64,000 bases of DNA, from contig OZ024740.1 of assembly GCA_964016885.1 (NCBI GenBank), positions 112,716,001 through 112,780,000 of the forward strand, given 5' to 3'. Below are positions 1-13,679 of this stretch, piece by piece; position 1 is the stretch's first letter, and each line of letters opens with the position of its first letter. The position numbers were made by a program, and so were the translations under genes. The notes beneath the pieces are model-generated. The model worked only from the letters and a program-made list of their open reading frames with translations. It had not been told where the DNA came from and ran no database searches. Source of the stretch: Eledone cirrhosa (lineage: Eukaryota).

Positions 1-790
1 GTTGGAGATGGTGGTGATGGAGTTGGTGGTAGATGTTGTGTTGTTGTTGTTGGTGGTGGTAATGGTAGGTGTTGTGTTGTTGTTGTTGGTGGTGGTAATG
101 GTAGGTGTTGTGTTGTTGTTGTTGGAGGTGTTGTGTTGTTGTTGTTGGTAGTGGTGGTGGTGGAGTTGGTGGTAGATGGTGTGTTGTTGTTGTTGCTGGT
201 GGTAATGGTAGGTGTTGTGTTGTTGTTGTTGGAGGTGTTGTGTTGTTGTTGTTGTTGGTAGTGGTGGTGGTGGAGTTGGTGGTAGATGGTGTGTTGTTGT
301 TGTTGGTGGTGGTAATGGTAGGTGTTGTGTTGTTGTTGTTGGAGGTGTTGTGTTGTTGTTGTTGGAGGTGTTGTGTTGTTGTTGTTGGAGGTGGTGGTGG
401 TGGTGGTTATTGTTGTGGTGGAGGTGGTTATTGTGGTGGTGGAGGTGGTTTTATTGGTTACGGGTGGGGCAGTGATTGTTGGGTGTTGGTGATGGCGGTT
501 GCAGGGTGGTGATGGTAGTGGTAGTGATAGTGATGGTAACATTGATGGCTGTAAAATACTCGTGGTAATAGTTGTGGTGGTGGTAGTAGTGGTGATAGCA
601 GTGGCAGTGGTAGTGGTGGTGGTAGCGGTGGTAGTGGTAGTTGTGGTGGCAGTAGTGGTGGTGGTAGCGGTAGTAGTGGTAGTGGTGGTAGTAGTGATAA
701 TGGTAGTGGTAGAGTTAGTTGTGGTGGTGGCAGTGGTGGTGGTGGTAGCGGTGGTAGTAGTGGTAGTGGTAGTGGTAGTGGTGGTGGTGT
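1..790. repeat. Low-complexity GGT/GTT/GTA trinucleotide satellite with short higher-order repeats
   Basis: Direct reading; the overlapping ORFs are V/G/C/P homopolymer artefacts. Confidence 0.9.
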
Positions 791-1060
791 GAAACAGGCA
801 GCCATACCTAAGCTTAATACGTGACAGCAGCTTAAATAGGCGTCATTATTGTCATGGAATTGGTGATGGTTATGCCTACTCCACATCCACATCCTACTCT
901 TACTCATCATCATCATCATCATCATCATCATAATCTTTTCGGCTAACTGTATATTTACAGCCACCAACATTATTATCATTAATTACCAACATGAAAGACT
1001 GCATTAACAAAATCCACCCCACCCCCTCACACACACCCAAACCCGAATCCTCATCAATAC

Positions 1061-1113
<53 letters not shown>

Positions 1114-1255
1114 GTTGTTGCTGCTGCTGCAGGTATTGCTGCTGCTGTTGCTATTGCTGCTGCTTCTGCTGCTCTACTGCTAATAATACTATTATCGCTA
1201 CTACTACCACTACTGCTGCTGTTGCTCTACTACTACTATTATTATTCCTACTAGA

Positions 1256-1444
1256 GGGCGGTGGATTGGCAGTATCGGTAGAGGGTCAGATGCCATGCTT
1301 TGCAGCATAGAGTTAAGCCCCTTTACGATGTGAGTTCAAATCTCGCCGAGGTTAACTTTGCGTTTCATCCTTACGGGGTCGATAAAATAAAGTACCAGTA
1401 ATGAACTGGGTAATTGCTGGCCTTGTGCCAAAAGTAGAAAGAAT

Positions 1445-1446
<2 letters not shown>
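1256..1446 (+). mobile_element. tRNA-derived SINE, family A (Meta-domain-like)
   Basis: A-box-like tggcagtatcggtag, B-box gagttcaaatc, core tttcatccttacggggtcgataaaataaagtaccag; many copies in this window. Confidence 0.85.
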
Positions 1447-1517
<71 letters not shown>

Positions 1518-1749
1518 ACTATTAACCATCACCATCAGAGCCTTCACTTTGTTGTTCATATGCTAGAAATGGTAACTAAATATCCTTTGTAAAAGAGGAC
1601 ACATTGGCTGATCCAAATACAGAATGTCTGATTAAACGACGTGGCGTGGTCACAGCTGGACCTCACTAGTTCATCATCATGATCATCATCATCGTCGTCG
1701 TTGTCACCACCACCACCAACACCATCACCATCACCATCATCACAATCAC

Positions 1750-1781
<32 letters not shown>

Positions 1782-2041
1782 GAAGAAGAAGAAGAAGAAG
1801 AAGATATCGGTAATAATGGGATAGGTAATATTTGGAGTGGTGCAGCATGGTTGAATCGTTTTATCTCCCTGGATCAGTTCCAGTGAAGTGTATGTTGTAA
1901 TTTAACATAGCCTCGAGTCGACCCAAGCTTTGAGAGTTAAATTAGGTAGACGGAAAATATTTGGAAGCCCATCGAATGATCCGTATTTGTAATTTAAATG
2001 TGCAGGATTGTTACATACTGTGTCACGGTGAATCTTACTGA

Positions 2042-2393
2042 AAGCTGGGTACACATGTCTGTGGAATTCTCAGTCAATTACACTGTAATTTCAGGAAGGG
2101 GAGGATGTTTCGTTGATCGAACAGTTGCAATACGCATCGTCGAAACCGATAGAGGTCCATTGATCGATATTAATGCTGGTGGTGGCATTAGATATAGAGG
2201 TGAACGCTCTAAGAAGGTAGCTTCTTTGAGCGTTCACCTCTATATCTAATGCCACCACCAGCAGTAATATCGATCAATGGACCTCTGTCGGTTTCGACGA
2301 TGCGTATTCCAACTGTTCGAGCAACGAAACATCCCCCCCTCCTGAAATTAAAGTGTAATTGACTGGGCATTCCACAGACATGTGTACCGAGCT
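2042..2393. repeat. Fold-back inverted duplication, about 175-bp arms, gtag loop at 2217-2220
   Basis: The arms are reverse complements with scattered mismatches; ORFs 1998+ and 2209- translate near-identical peptides. Confidence 0.9.
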
Positions 2394-2681
2394 TCTTTGA
2401 GCTCAATTCCCATAACATATAGAAGAGTTATGTACTGCTTAAAATAACAGCTTCTTAGCGTATTCTAGCAGAACACATAAAAACAGCGATATACACATGT
2501 ATACATACATCCAAACGGGAATACACGCGCACAGATGCATGAGCACATATGTCTACCTGTCTATTTATCCCTATCTATGTATCTATCTACATATGTCTAC
2601 CTGTCTATTTATCACTATCTAGGTATCTATCTACATATGTCTACCTGTCTATTTATCCCTATCTATGTATCTATCTATGCA

Positions 2682-3770
2682 GGCTGCGGCATCTCTACGT
2701 ATTCCTCACCGGACAACCGGTGTGGGCCCCGTTCGTGAGGCGAGCCTTCCCACGACTCGTCTCGCTGACCGAGCTGCAGTCCTGGGTCAAGCAAAGACCG
2801 AGGAAAATGGGCGACTGGCACATCGAATGTGCTCAGGCACTCACAGCCATCTGGCAGGCGGACCCGGCGATCAGTGGAGACTCCACTTCGTCATTCTATA
2901 GAGGGCTGATCCGCAGCAAGTGCGACGACGCGCTCGGTGAAACTCTAGGCGTAGAGGTAGACGAACTGGCCAGTCTGTTCGGTAGGACCTTCCGCCCGGG
3001 ACCGATGGACAACTTCCAAAAGTCCCTGGCCTGGCAGTGCTACCGAGGAGCTCTACCAGTTCGAGACAAGCTCTACAGACATGGGCGCCCGGGCAGGGAC
3101 CCTGCAAAAAAGATCTGTCCGAGGTGCGTGCGAGACGAAGAAACCGTCGCGCACGCATTCATATACTGCCCGGGCATCACCAACCTGTGGGGCTATGTAG
3201 AACGACTATTGTCGTGGGTGGGACCAATCCGGTTGACCACCGAGTCCATTGTCATGATCAAACCGCCACCCTCCTTCAAAAACGAAGGAGAGGCGGTTTT
3301 CCTTTGTGTGATAGCTATGGCGAAAGAGGTTGTAAGGTGGACAAGGTTGAAAGGGCTGAGGTCAGACACCTTTCTCTCCGGCCAACAACTGATTCTTTTT
3401 TTCAAATACCACTTTGGAAGAAGAATCAGGATGGAGAGAGAGGTGCTGTACTCCAGCAAGTTTTATGAAAGGTGGGTGAAAGTGGCGAGAATGGCCCGAG
3501 TGAATGGGCTTTCTCTCTATATCAGCCTGTAGGTTGAGGAAAAAGAGGAGGAGAGGAAAGGAGTACAAACTCTTCGTACTCCTGAAGATGAGGGTTGCAC
3601 ATTTTTTTCGGGGGTATGTGTTACCCATATGTGATGTCTCCCCCCATTGGGGAAAATCGACTAATTTTTAAATTACATTTGTGATAATATTTTACACGTT
3701 TTTATTGTATGTAAACTTCTCCCTTTGTATTTGTCCCCTTCTTTTGTGCCCCTGTGGCTAATAAAGAAAC
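2682..3770 (+). mobile_element. 5'-truncated Tx1/L1-like LINE (ORF2 C-terminus with zf-RVT-type CCHC, plus 3' UTR) in (TATC)n
   Basis: CPRC...EETVAHAFIYC, stop at 3532, ends aataaagaaac then (tatc)n. Confidence 0.8.
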
Positions 3771-3834
3771 ATATCTATCTATCTATGTCTACCTATCTAT
3801 GTATCTATCTATGTATCTATCTGTATATGTCTAC

Positions 3835-3909
<75 letters not shown>

Positions 3910-3950
3910 CATATGTCTACCTATCTATGTATCTATCTGTATATGTCTAC

Positions 3951-4017
<67 letters not shown>

Positions 4018-4023
4018 CATATG

Positions 4024-4072
<49 letters not shown>

Positions 4073-4282
4073 ATCTATCTATCTCTGGGATGGACACACG
4101 CGTATAACTTGCTGAGTAAGTTCTGTTTAAATTTCTATAGAAATTCTTGTCTGATAACTTTAATTTTTGTACCATTTTGTAGAGGGACTGCCAGGTCAAA
4201 CTTTGATCTGGTCAGTCTCTCAAAATATTCTACGCCTTTAGGCGAAATAGTTAAACAAAAAAAAAGTTTTTTCTTGTTGAAA

Positions 4283-5136
4283 GCCCTAGACATGGAGGAG
4301 GACGAACTGGCCGGCCTGTTCGGTAGGACATTCAGCCCGGGACCTATGGACAACTTCCAGAAGTCCCTGGCCTGGCAGTGCTACCGAGGGGCTTTACCCG
4401 TTCGAGAAAGGCTCTACAGACACGGGCGCCCGGGTAGGGACCCCGCCAAAAAGATCTGTCCCAGATGCGTGTGCGACGAGGAAACCGTTGCACACGCATT
4501 GGTACACTGCTCGGGCGTAGCCGATCTGTGGGGCTATGTCGAACAACTGCTGTCAAGGGTGGGACCGATCCGGTTGACCACCGAGTCTATTGTAATGATC
4601 AAGCCGCCTCCCCCCTTCAAAGATGAAGCAGAGGCGGTGTTTCTGTGCGTAATAGCCATGGCGAAAGAGGTTGTATGGTGGACGCGTCTGAAAGGACTGA
4701 GGTCAGGCACCTTTCTCTCTGGCCAACAACTGGTCCGTTTCTTCCGATATCATTTCGGAAGAAGGATCAGGATGGAGAGAGAGGTGCTGCACCCCAGTCG
4801 TTTTTATGAAAGGTGGGTGAAAGTGGCGAGAATGGCCCGTGTGAATGGGCCTTCTCTTTACATAAGCCTGTAGGTGGAAAAGAGGAAGGAACGAGGGAGC
4901 ACCCCCTCTCTGTGCTCCTGAGGAAAAGGGTTGCACACTTTTTTCGGGGGTGTGTGCGACCCCCCAAGGCGCCTCCTCTCTATTGAGGATTTTGTTAAAA
5001 ATTTTATTTTTTGTTATATCTTATTTTATTTTTATATTTTGTTATTGCCTCCTCCTTATTGAGGACGCCTTTTTGTGTAAACTCCCCCCTTTGTACTTGT
5101 CCCACTTTTGATGCCCTAGTGGCAAATAAAAGAAAC
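4283..5136 (+). mobile_element. Second 5'-truncated Tx1/L1-like LINE of the same family
   Basis: Peptide paralogous to 2682-3532 (GPMDNFQKSLAWQCYRGALPVR; CPRC..EETVAH..HC); ends aataaaagaaac then tatc repeats. Confidence 0.8.
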
Positions 5137-5398
5137 TTATCTATCTATCTACACATGTCTACCTATCTATGTATCTATCTGTATATGTATCTAACTATCT
5201 ACTTACCTATCTATATATCTATACCTAACTATTCATCTATCTACATATATAACTACATATCTCTCTATCCCTATCTATGTAACAACCTATCTATCAACCT
5301 ATCTGTCTACCTGTTTACGTATCTATCAACGTATCTATCTATGCATCTATCTATCTAATATAATAGGACAGACATACACGTTAACACATACAGAGATG

Positions 5399-5718
5399 AG
5401 GCACTCCGTCGGCTACGACGAGTGTTCCAGTTGATTCGATCAACGGAACAGCCTGCTCATGTAATTAACGTACAAGTGGATCAGCATTCCACAGAAACAC
5501 GTACCCTTAATGTAGTTCTCGAGGGGATTCAGCGTGACACAAAATGTGTCAATGCTGGCCATTTAAACTACAGTTACAGCTCATTTTTGTCAGCTGAGTG
5601 GACTGGAGCAACATGAAATTAAGTGTCTTCTTGTTCAAGAACACAACCCACTGCCGGGAATCGAAATCTCAACCTTACGATTGTAAGCCGAACACCCTAA
5701 CTACAAAGCCACGCGTCT
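5399..5718 (-). mobile_element. tRNA-derived SINE, family B
   Basis: Reverse-complement homologue of 15671-16000 (B-box ttcgattccc; aagacactt...gctccagtccactcagctg). Confidence 0.8.
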
Positions 5719-6366
5719 TTATACAAAGATACAGACACGCAGACACCCATACACAGATACACACATGAAAACACACACACACACACACACACATTATGAT
5801 AGACCATATAATTCCACAAATATAGTACCTGTAAATATACCTACAAATGATATACAAGTGTGAAGAAATTTTCAATAAAATGGGTGTTTGGTTACTTTTC
5901 TTTCATGATTTCCTCGGTCTCACACACCTTGTATGCACTCTCGGGTCTACACTTTCCGATGGGGCCGTATGTGCGCCGTAGCGATATATGGCATGTCTTG
6001 GACATTTAAACCACCCAAGACCTCTCCCTATCCAATCTGAACCCAGCCAATTTCTTCTTCTTCTTCTTCTTCTTCTTCTTCTTCTTCTTCTTCTTCTTCT
6101 TCTTCTTCTTCTTCTTCTTCTTCTTCAGTTAGAGAAGTTGATGATGAAGTAAAGACGGTAGTTAAGCAGAGACAAAGCTTATGAGAGATGGATTCATTTG
6201 AACACAGAATATATATATATGTACTGTATATGTAAGATAGAACAAATAAGGTAATAGAAGTTTATCCAACGAGCAACAGAGTTTACCATTCCAGTACTTC
6301 TCACTAAATATTGAGTCCTCATTACTTCCTGGTATATGTTGCAATCATGGACTGAAACACACACAC

Positions 6367-6418
<52 letters not shown>

Positions 6419-7010
6419 GCGCGCGCACACACATATACAAACACATATACATACACACATATTGCACACACATATACACACATCGCACACAGATACACAC
6501 ACACACACACACACACACACCACATACACTCACACACGCACATACACACATATATATACACAGACACATATATATATATATATACATACACACGCATAGA
6601 GACACACACATACATACACACATACACACACGCATAAACACACACAGCACACAAACACACGCAAACACATTCACATACACACACACGCATTCGCAGACAC
6701 ATACACAAACACACAAAACGTACATATATACACACTCACACGCACACACGCATACACAAAAACAGATGTATGAATACACATATAGGTGGAAAAGAATATA
6801 TTGAAATAAGAAGTGATGTTTTCTGTTCTCTGATTTCAAATACGTCATATCCGTTTTGAGAAAGTGTTTAAACTGCTTAAATAGGTTACACTCAACATGG
6901 AATAGCTCTCAGCCAAACTGTTTCATGCTCCTGGAAATATTCCAACTCACTCAAGCTCACATGTAAAGATAGATAGATAAATGAATAAATAAATAGATAT
7001 TGACACACAT

Positions 7011-7128
<118 letters not shown>

Positions 7129-7155
7129 ATGTGTGTGTGTGTGTGTGTATTCATT

Positions 7156-7237
<82 letters not shown>

Positions 7238-7535
7238 TATACTATAAAGTATATCCATAGAATCATTTGATAATATATATACACCATTTCCTCTCCCAAT
7301 TAGCATAATCAACCACACAAAAAACCAATTAAACCAGGCTATAAGATTAAAAGGCACCTATGAAGAAATAGTAGATAAATAAACGACAGCAATCTATTCG
7401 CGATCAACCGCTATAGAATATTTACCCAACATTTCAATAGCACGTGGAAATCGATTAAATATACCGTCAACCATACACAATTAGGTATAAAATTAAAGTT
7501 AGAAGAAAAAATGCATATACACATACCAGGATTAC

Positions 7536-7616
7536 GTTTCTACCCTTAGGGTTTCGTTCGCTTTCGGAAATATCCTATCAAGGATAAATTCTCGAGCTTC
7601 AAACTCATCAGGAAAC
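7536..7616 (-). ncRNA. Type I hammerhead ribozyme, canonical core
   Basis: Minus strand: GUUUC CUGAUGA GUUUG..long stem II..CGAAC GAAA CCC UAA GGG UA GAAAC; all three stems pair. Confidence 0.85.
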
Positions 7617-7944
7617 AAACTAACTTGGACAAAGATTTTTCTTAAAAGATCCCCACCAGAAACGAATTCAAAATGGCTAAGAACTGTGACGTGGCAGTGG
7701 TCAAGTCAGAAAGAACGTGATTGGGGCCTCACGGCGAGTGGGCTGGTTGCTATAAAGCGCAGCCCAATATTGCCCAAATTGCATCTCAACCTTATGGGAG
7801 ATTATCAAATATAAAGATTTACATATACACAAACTAGACAAAGTCACAGATATATATGTTTTGGCAACCATTCACGATGTGGCTCAATGATGAATTAATA
7901 AATTAAATAATCAGAGCAATATACTATAAAGTATGTCCATAGAT

Positions 7945-8023
<79 letters not shown>

Positions 8024-8209
8024 TTTGTTGGTTCACCACAGGATAGAACTGGTCATTCCGTATAGTCAACCTCGATGTAATATTATGGAGAGCACTCAAC
8101 GTAATGCAACTCACCCGTCTTCGTTTGTGTTGTTGCTGGTGCGAGTACGGAGTTAATTATTATAAAATTACAGGAGGCTGGACTGGTGTAATTCCTTAAA
8201 AGGTTTATT

Positions 8210-8267
8210 ATACTATGAACATTTCAATGACCGGGTTCAATATGAATCCGGTGACATCATCAGGTAT
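8210..8267 (-). ncRNA. Type I hammerhead ribozyme (short stem III)
   Basis: Minus strand: AUAC CUGAUGA UG..CCGGAUUCA UAU UGAACCCGG..UU GAAA UGUUCA UA GUAU. Confidence 0.6.
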
Positions 8268-8412
8268 TCGAAATATAACAAAATCCATGGGGCTGAAAAT
8301 CAGAGACATGAGGGCGGCCGAACATTTAGCAGATTCTACCCCGGTCGGCTGCCCTCTAGTAAAGATAGATAAATGAATAGATAGATAGATATTGACACAC
8401 ATGCACATATAA

Positions 8413-8475
<63 letters not shown>

Positions 8476-10399
8476 GGTGTGTGTATTCATTTATATAATA
8501 TATATATATATATATTGATAGATAGATAGAGAAAGAGAGAGATAGGAAGAGAGAGAGAGAGAGAGAGAAGGAGAGAGAGAGAAGGAGAGAGAGAGAAGGA
8601 GAGAGAGAGAAAGAGAGAGAGAGGGGGGGGGGGGGATAAAAGAGTTATCAATGTGATAAATACAGTCGACTACTTAATCTTTCTAAGGAGTGATACATCT
8701 TTCATCAAGTAACGAAACCTGGTTTCACCGGATTTGGTATGGATGTTGTAATGTCCATGCCATTTCCAAAGACATCAACAAACTAAATGGAATATATTTA
8801 TAATGTCCTCATAGATACATATAGAATACAGTAACACATTGATTTAAAGTAAAGGAATTTTATTGATTCAAGATTTCCTATTCAAATGTATATACACGTA
8901 GACACAAGAAGAGACACAAATGGAAAAACGGAGATCCTTCCCCGGATGAAATGCCTTCCTCCAGATTTGACGGAGGAAAGCAAGATTTCAGGGACCAGAT
9001 GCCGCGAGGGCAACCGGCACAAATATGAAACAGTTAGACTATTCGATATTACAAAAATGTCGGATGGTGGAATGGCGGAATTGGAAGAGCGTAAGAAAAA
9101 AATTGCATTGCGGTTTTTTGTCCCGACTCTTTACATTCTGAGTTCAAGTGCCACTGTGGTCAACTTCGCCTTTTATCCTTATGAGGTAGATAAATTAAAG
9201 TACCCGGTACTTTATTTCATTTATTTCACAAGAATAAAAGGCGACGTTGATTCAAACAAATTTGCCCTTTACTCCACATCTGTTGATCATGGCGTCTAAA
9301 TTCGAACTGTATATTAGAAGAAAGTAAAAAATACGTGAGAAAAGGTTTAGTCTTGAGCGCAATTGATTGATTCATTTGTTTTATTAACTTTGGATGCACG
9401 TAAGGCAAAGTCATAGATGAGGTACGGACTGGGATTCGAACTGGCACTGAGAAAGTGTCATGGACACAGTCACATCCATCAACCACAATTAATTTTTTCT
9501 TTGACAAATTCGTATGATAGTATCACGTTCGAAGAAGGACACCCGTGAGATGGAAGGCTAGGGCAGCGGATGTCATTGACTGTTCTCTGCAGAAAAGTAA
9601 GTTTTCACAATCCTCTTAACGGAGCGAGCTGAAATATTCTGCCCAACCAAGGGTGTAGATTTTTACACCCTCAACATTTCACAACCCACCATGTTTCTTT
9701 TTCTCTTCATTTGTTGTCTTTTAATCATGTATAGGATTACGGAAGTATGGAGAAATAGTATACTTGGTAAATCTGCTGGATGCATGTATAAATGAATACA
9801 AATATTCATACATATATATGTACTTACATAGCAAGCGGAATTTGTCGATCTCGGATTTACAGAAACCTAGCGTGGATGTTGTATGTTATATGTGATGTAT
9901 ATTGTATGCTATACGTTATGCGTTATGTGTTGCATTCGATGTCCACGCGATGGTCCAGGTCAGTCAAAATCTTTTCCTGACTTCAGTTATTTTCGTTGCT
10001 ATGGCAATGCGGCCGGACTGTCGGTCGCTATATTTTATTTGCAAAGCTGTCTAAACGTATTGTTATAACTCTGGGGTAATATTCTCCATCGAGTGCTAAT
10101 GCATTCCGAATCTGCATTCGTTAGCTTGGCCGCAGCCAAAAGCTTCGTTGATGCTGTACTAAAATATGTACTTACATACATAGATACACACACTATGTAT
10201 ATACATGCAAACAATATATATACATATATATATATTAGAAATTGGAATAAATGCTCTGAAATAGCGATATATATGTGAATATAGACATAGAATATTCGAA
10301 AATATTCTGTATGTTTATAATAAACATTTTGAAGACCTAATCGCTATAGAATAGAATACGTCACGTATTACAATTAGATTCTCGATAAAAGCAAGGGAA

Positions 10400-10442
10400 G
10401 TAATCTACGCGTTTCATTCTTGTTAGAAATCATCAGGACCAC
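10400..10442 (-). ncRNA. Type I HHR of the 310-bp unit (also 10710-10752, 11020-11062, 11330-11372, 11640-11682)
   Basis: GUGGUC CUGAUGA U UUCU AACA AGAA U GAAA CGCG UA GAUUAC; palindromic stem III ACGCGU. Confidence 0.8.
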
Positions 10443-11964
10443 ATATCCAGTGCTTTTATCGAGAATGACACAGCTAGAGACTTATAGAATACTTAGCTGT
10501 GTACAGGAACTGGTTTGAAAGAGCGGTTGCCGGTCCGGCAGAGATTAGAAATTGGAATAAATGCTCTGAAATAGCGATATATATGTGAATATAGACATAG
10601 AATATTCGAAAATATTCTGTATGTTTATAATAAACATTTTGAAGACCTAATCGCTATAGAATAGAATACGTCACGTATTACAATTAGATTCTCGATAAAA
10701 GCAAGGGAAGTAATCTACGCGTTTCATTCTTGTTAGAAATCATCAGGACCACATATCCAGTGCTTTTATCGAGAATGACACAGCTAGAGACTTATAGAAT
10801 ACTTAGCTGTGTACAGGAACTGGTTTGAAAGAGCGGTTGCCGGTCCGGCAGAAATTAGAAATTGGAATAAATGCTCTGAAATAGCGATATATATGTGAAT
10901 ATAGACATAGAATATTCGAAAATATTCTGTATGTTTATAATAAACATTTTGAAGACCTAATCGCTATAGAATAGAATACGTCACGTATTACAATTAGATT
11001 CTCGATAAAAGCAAGGGAAGTAATCTACGCGTTTCATTCTTGTTAGAAATCATCAGGACCACATATCCAGTGCTTTTATCGAGAATGACACAGCTAGAGA
11101 CTTATAGAATACTTAGCTGTGTACAGGAACTGGTTTGAAAGAGCGGTTGCCGGTCCGGCAGAAATTAGAAATTGGAATAAATGCTCTGAAATAGCGATAT
11201 ATATGTGAATATAGACATAGAATATTCGAAAATATTCTGTATGTTTATAATAAACATTTTGAAGACCTAATCGCTATAGAATAGAATACGTCACGTATTA
11301 CAATTAGATTCTCGATAAAAGCAAGGGAAGTAATCTACGCGTTTCATTCTTGTTAGAAATCATCAGGACCACATATCCAGTGCTTTTATCGAGAATGACA
11401 CAGCTAGAGACTTATAGAATACTTAGCTGTGTACAGGAACTGGTTTGAAAGAGCGGTTGCCGGTCCGGCAGAAATTAGAAATTGGAATAAATGCTCTGAA
11501 ATAGCGATATATATGTGAATATAGACATAGAATATTCGAAAATATTCTGTATGTTTATAATAAACATTTTGAAGACCTAATCGCTATAGAATAGAATACG
11601 TCACGTATTACAATTAGATTCTCGATAAAAGCAAGGGAAGTAATCTACGCGTTTCATTCTTGTTAGAAATCATCAGGACCACATATCCAGTGCTTTTATC
11701 GAGAATGACTATCGAGAATCTAATTGTAATACGTGACGTATTCTATTCTATAGCGATTAGGTCTTCAAAATGTTTATTATAAACATACAGAATATTTTCG
11801 AATATTCTATGTCTATATTCACATATATATCGCTATTTCAGAGCATTTATTCCAATTTCTAATTTCTGCCGGACCGGCAACCGCTCTTTCAAACCAGTTC
11901 CTGTACACAGCTAAGTATTCTATAAGTCTCTAGCTGTGTCATTCTCGATAAAAGCACTGGATAT

Positions 11965-12007
11965 GTGGTCCTGATGATTTCTAACAAGAATGAAACGCGT
12001 AGATTAC
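11965..12007 (+). ncRNA. Type I HHR of the 310-bp unit, inverted arm (also 12275-12317, 12585-12627)
   Basis: gtggtc ctgatga tttctaacaagaat gaaacgcgta gattac, read directly on +. Confidence 0.8.
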
Positions 12008-12747
12008 TTCCCTTGCTTTTATCGAGAATCTAATTGTAATACGTGACGTATTCTATTCTATAGCGATTAGGTCTTCAAAATGTTTATTATAAACATACAG
12101 AATATTTTCGAATATTCTATGTCTATATTCACATATATATCGCTATTTCAGAGCATTTATTCCAATTTCTAATTTCTGCCGGACCGGCAACCGCTCTTTC
12201 AAACCAGTTCCTGTACACAGCTAAGTATTCTATAAGTCTCTAGCTGTGTCATTCTCGATAAAAGCACTGGATATGTGGTCCTGATGATTTCTAACAAGAA
12301 TGAAACGCGTAGATTACTTCCCTTGCTTTTATCGAGAATCTAATTGTAATACGTGACGTATTCTATTCTATAGCGATTAGGTCTTCAAAATGTTTATTAT
12401 AAACATACAGAATATTTTCGAATATTCTATGTCTATATTCACATATATATCGCTATTTCAGAGCATTTATTCCAATTTCTAATCTCTGCCGGACCGGCAA
12501 CCGCTCTTTCAAACCAGTTCCTGTACACAGCTAAGTATTCTATAAGTCTCTAGCTGTGTCATTCTCGATAAAAGCACTGGATATGTGGTCCTGATGATTT
12601 CTAACAAGAATGAAACGCGTAGATTACTTCCCTTGCTTTTATCGAGAATCTAATTGTAATACGTGACGTATTCTATTCTATAGCGATTAGGTCTTCAAAA
12701 TGTTTATTATAAACATACAGAATATTTTCGAATATTCTATGTCTATA

Positions 12748-12790
<43 letters not shown>

Positions 12791-12794
<4 letters not shown>

Positions 12795-12980
12795 GTTTCT
12801 ACTTTTGGCACAAGTCCAGCAATTGTCTCAATGTATTACTGGTACTTTATTTTATCGATCCCATAAGGATGAAAGGCAAAGTTAACCTCGGCGGGATTTG
12901 AACTGAAACCGTAAAAGGCCGTAACAGTATGCTGCAAAGCATGGAGTCCGACCCTCTACTGATACTGCCAATCCAACCAT
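12791..12980 (-). mobile_element. SINE family A
   Basis: ctggtactttattttatcgat...gttaacctcggcgggatttgaact. Confidence 0.85.
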
Positions 12981-13384
12981 ATGTATATGCGTGCGTGTGG
13001 TGTCCGACTTAACAAGTTCTACTCGATGACCGAAAGAGTTAAAATAATCAAAATAATTAAAATAACTCAATGATCAGGACTATTTATCAAATTACAATAT
13101 TTGAGGAAATAATAGACAAAAATATTTTTGTCTATTATTTCCTCATAATTTGTAATTTGTTATATATATATATATATAGATATAGGAAAATGTTCAAGAC
13201 CCCGACGGTAGAACGCAAATATCGTCCCAGGATGATATTTGTTTTTGAAATGCGCATAATAAAATACATGGAACTTTTTTAACCATCTTTTAATTTCTTA
13301 TATATACTCCAGTCCAATAAACTGTTGAGTGCTACTTATCCGATATTTGCATTGCTTTATTGTGCTACAATAAAACTCACCTCC

Positions 13385-13446
<62 letters not shown>

Positions 13447-13504
13447 ACCTTCTCCTACCACCAGATAAGGAAAGACATAAATACTACCATTTACTTGGAT
13501 AGCC

Positions 13505-13555
13505 AGCTTCCTGATGATTTCTCACGAAAGAAACAATTCTAGTCCTGTAGAAGCT
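13505..13555 (+). ncRNA. Type I hammerhead ribozyme in a 130-bp island between (TA)n runs
   Basis: AGCUUC CUGAUGA UUUC UCAC GAAA GAAA CA..UG UA GAAGCU; 6-bp stem I, 4-bp stem II. Confidence 0.8.
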
Positions 13556-13569
13556 CTTCTATATTAAAA

Positions 13570-13679
<110 letters not shown>

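Larger units (their letters stand above)
10234..12751. mobile_element. 310-bp tandem array with one hammerhead per unit, inverted at about 11709 (non-LTR retrozyme-like)
   Basis: attggaataa recurs at 10241, 10551, 10861, 11171 and 11481; after 11709 the units are reverse-complemented; flanked by (TA)n. Confidence 0.9.

Noticed and set aside
1256-1446. tRNA genes
   Set aside because: The A/B boxes belong to SINE heads; no complete cloverleaf
105-1886. ORFs rich in V/P/T/S and all YI/HT/CV/LS-repeat ORFs across the window
   Set aside because: Translations of microsatellites
10234-12751. CRISPR-like array
   Set aside because: The units are identical throughout, with no variable spacers and no cas genes; the context is eukaryotic
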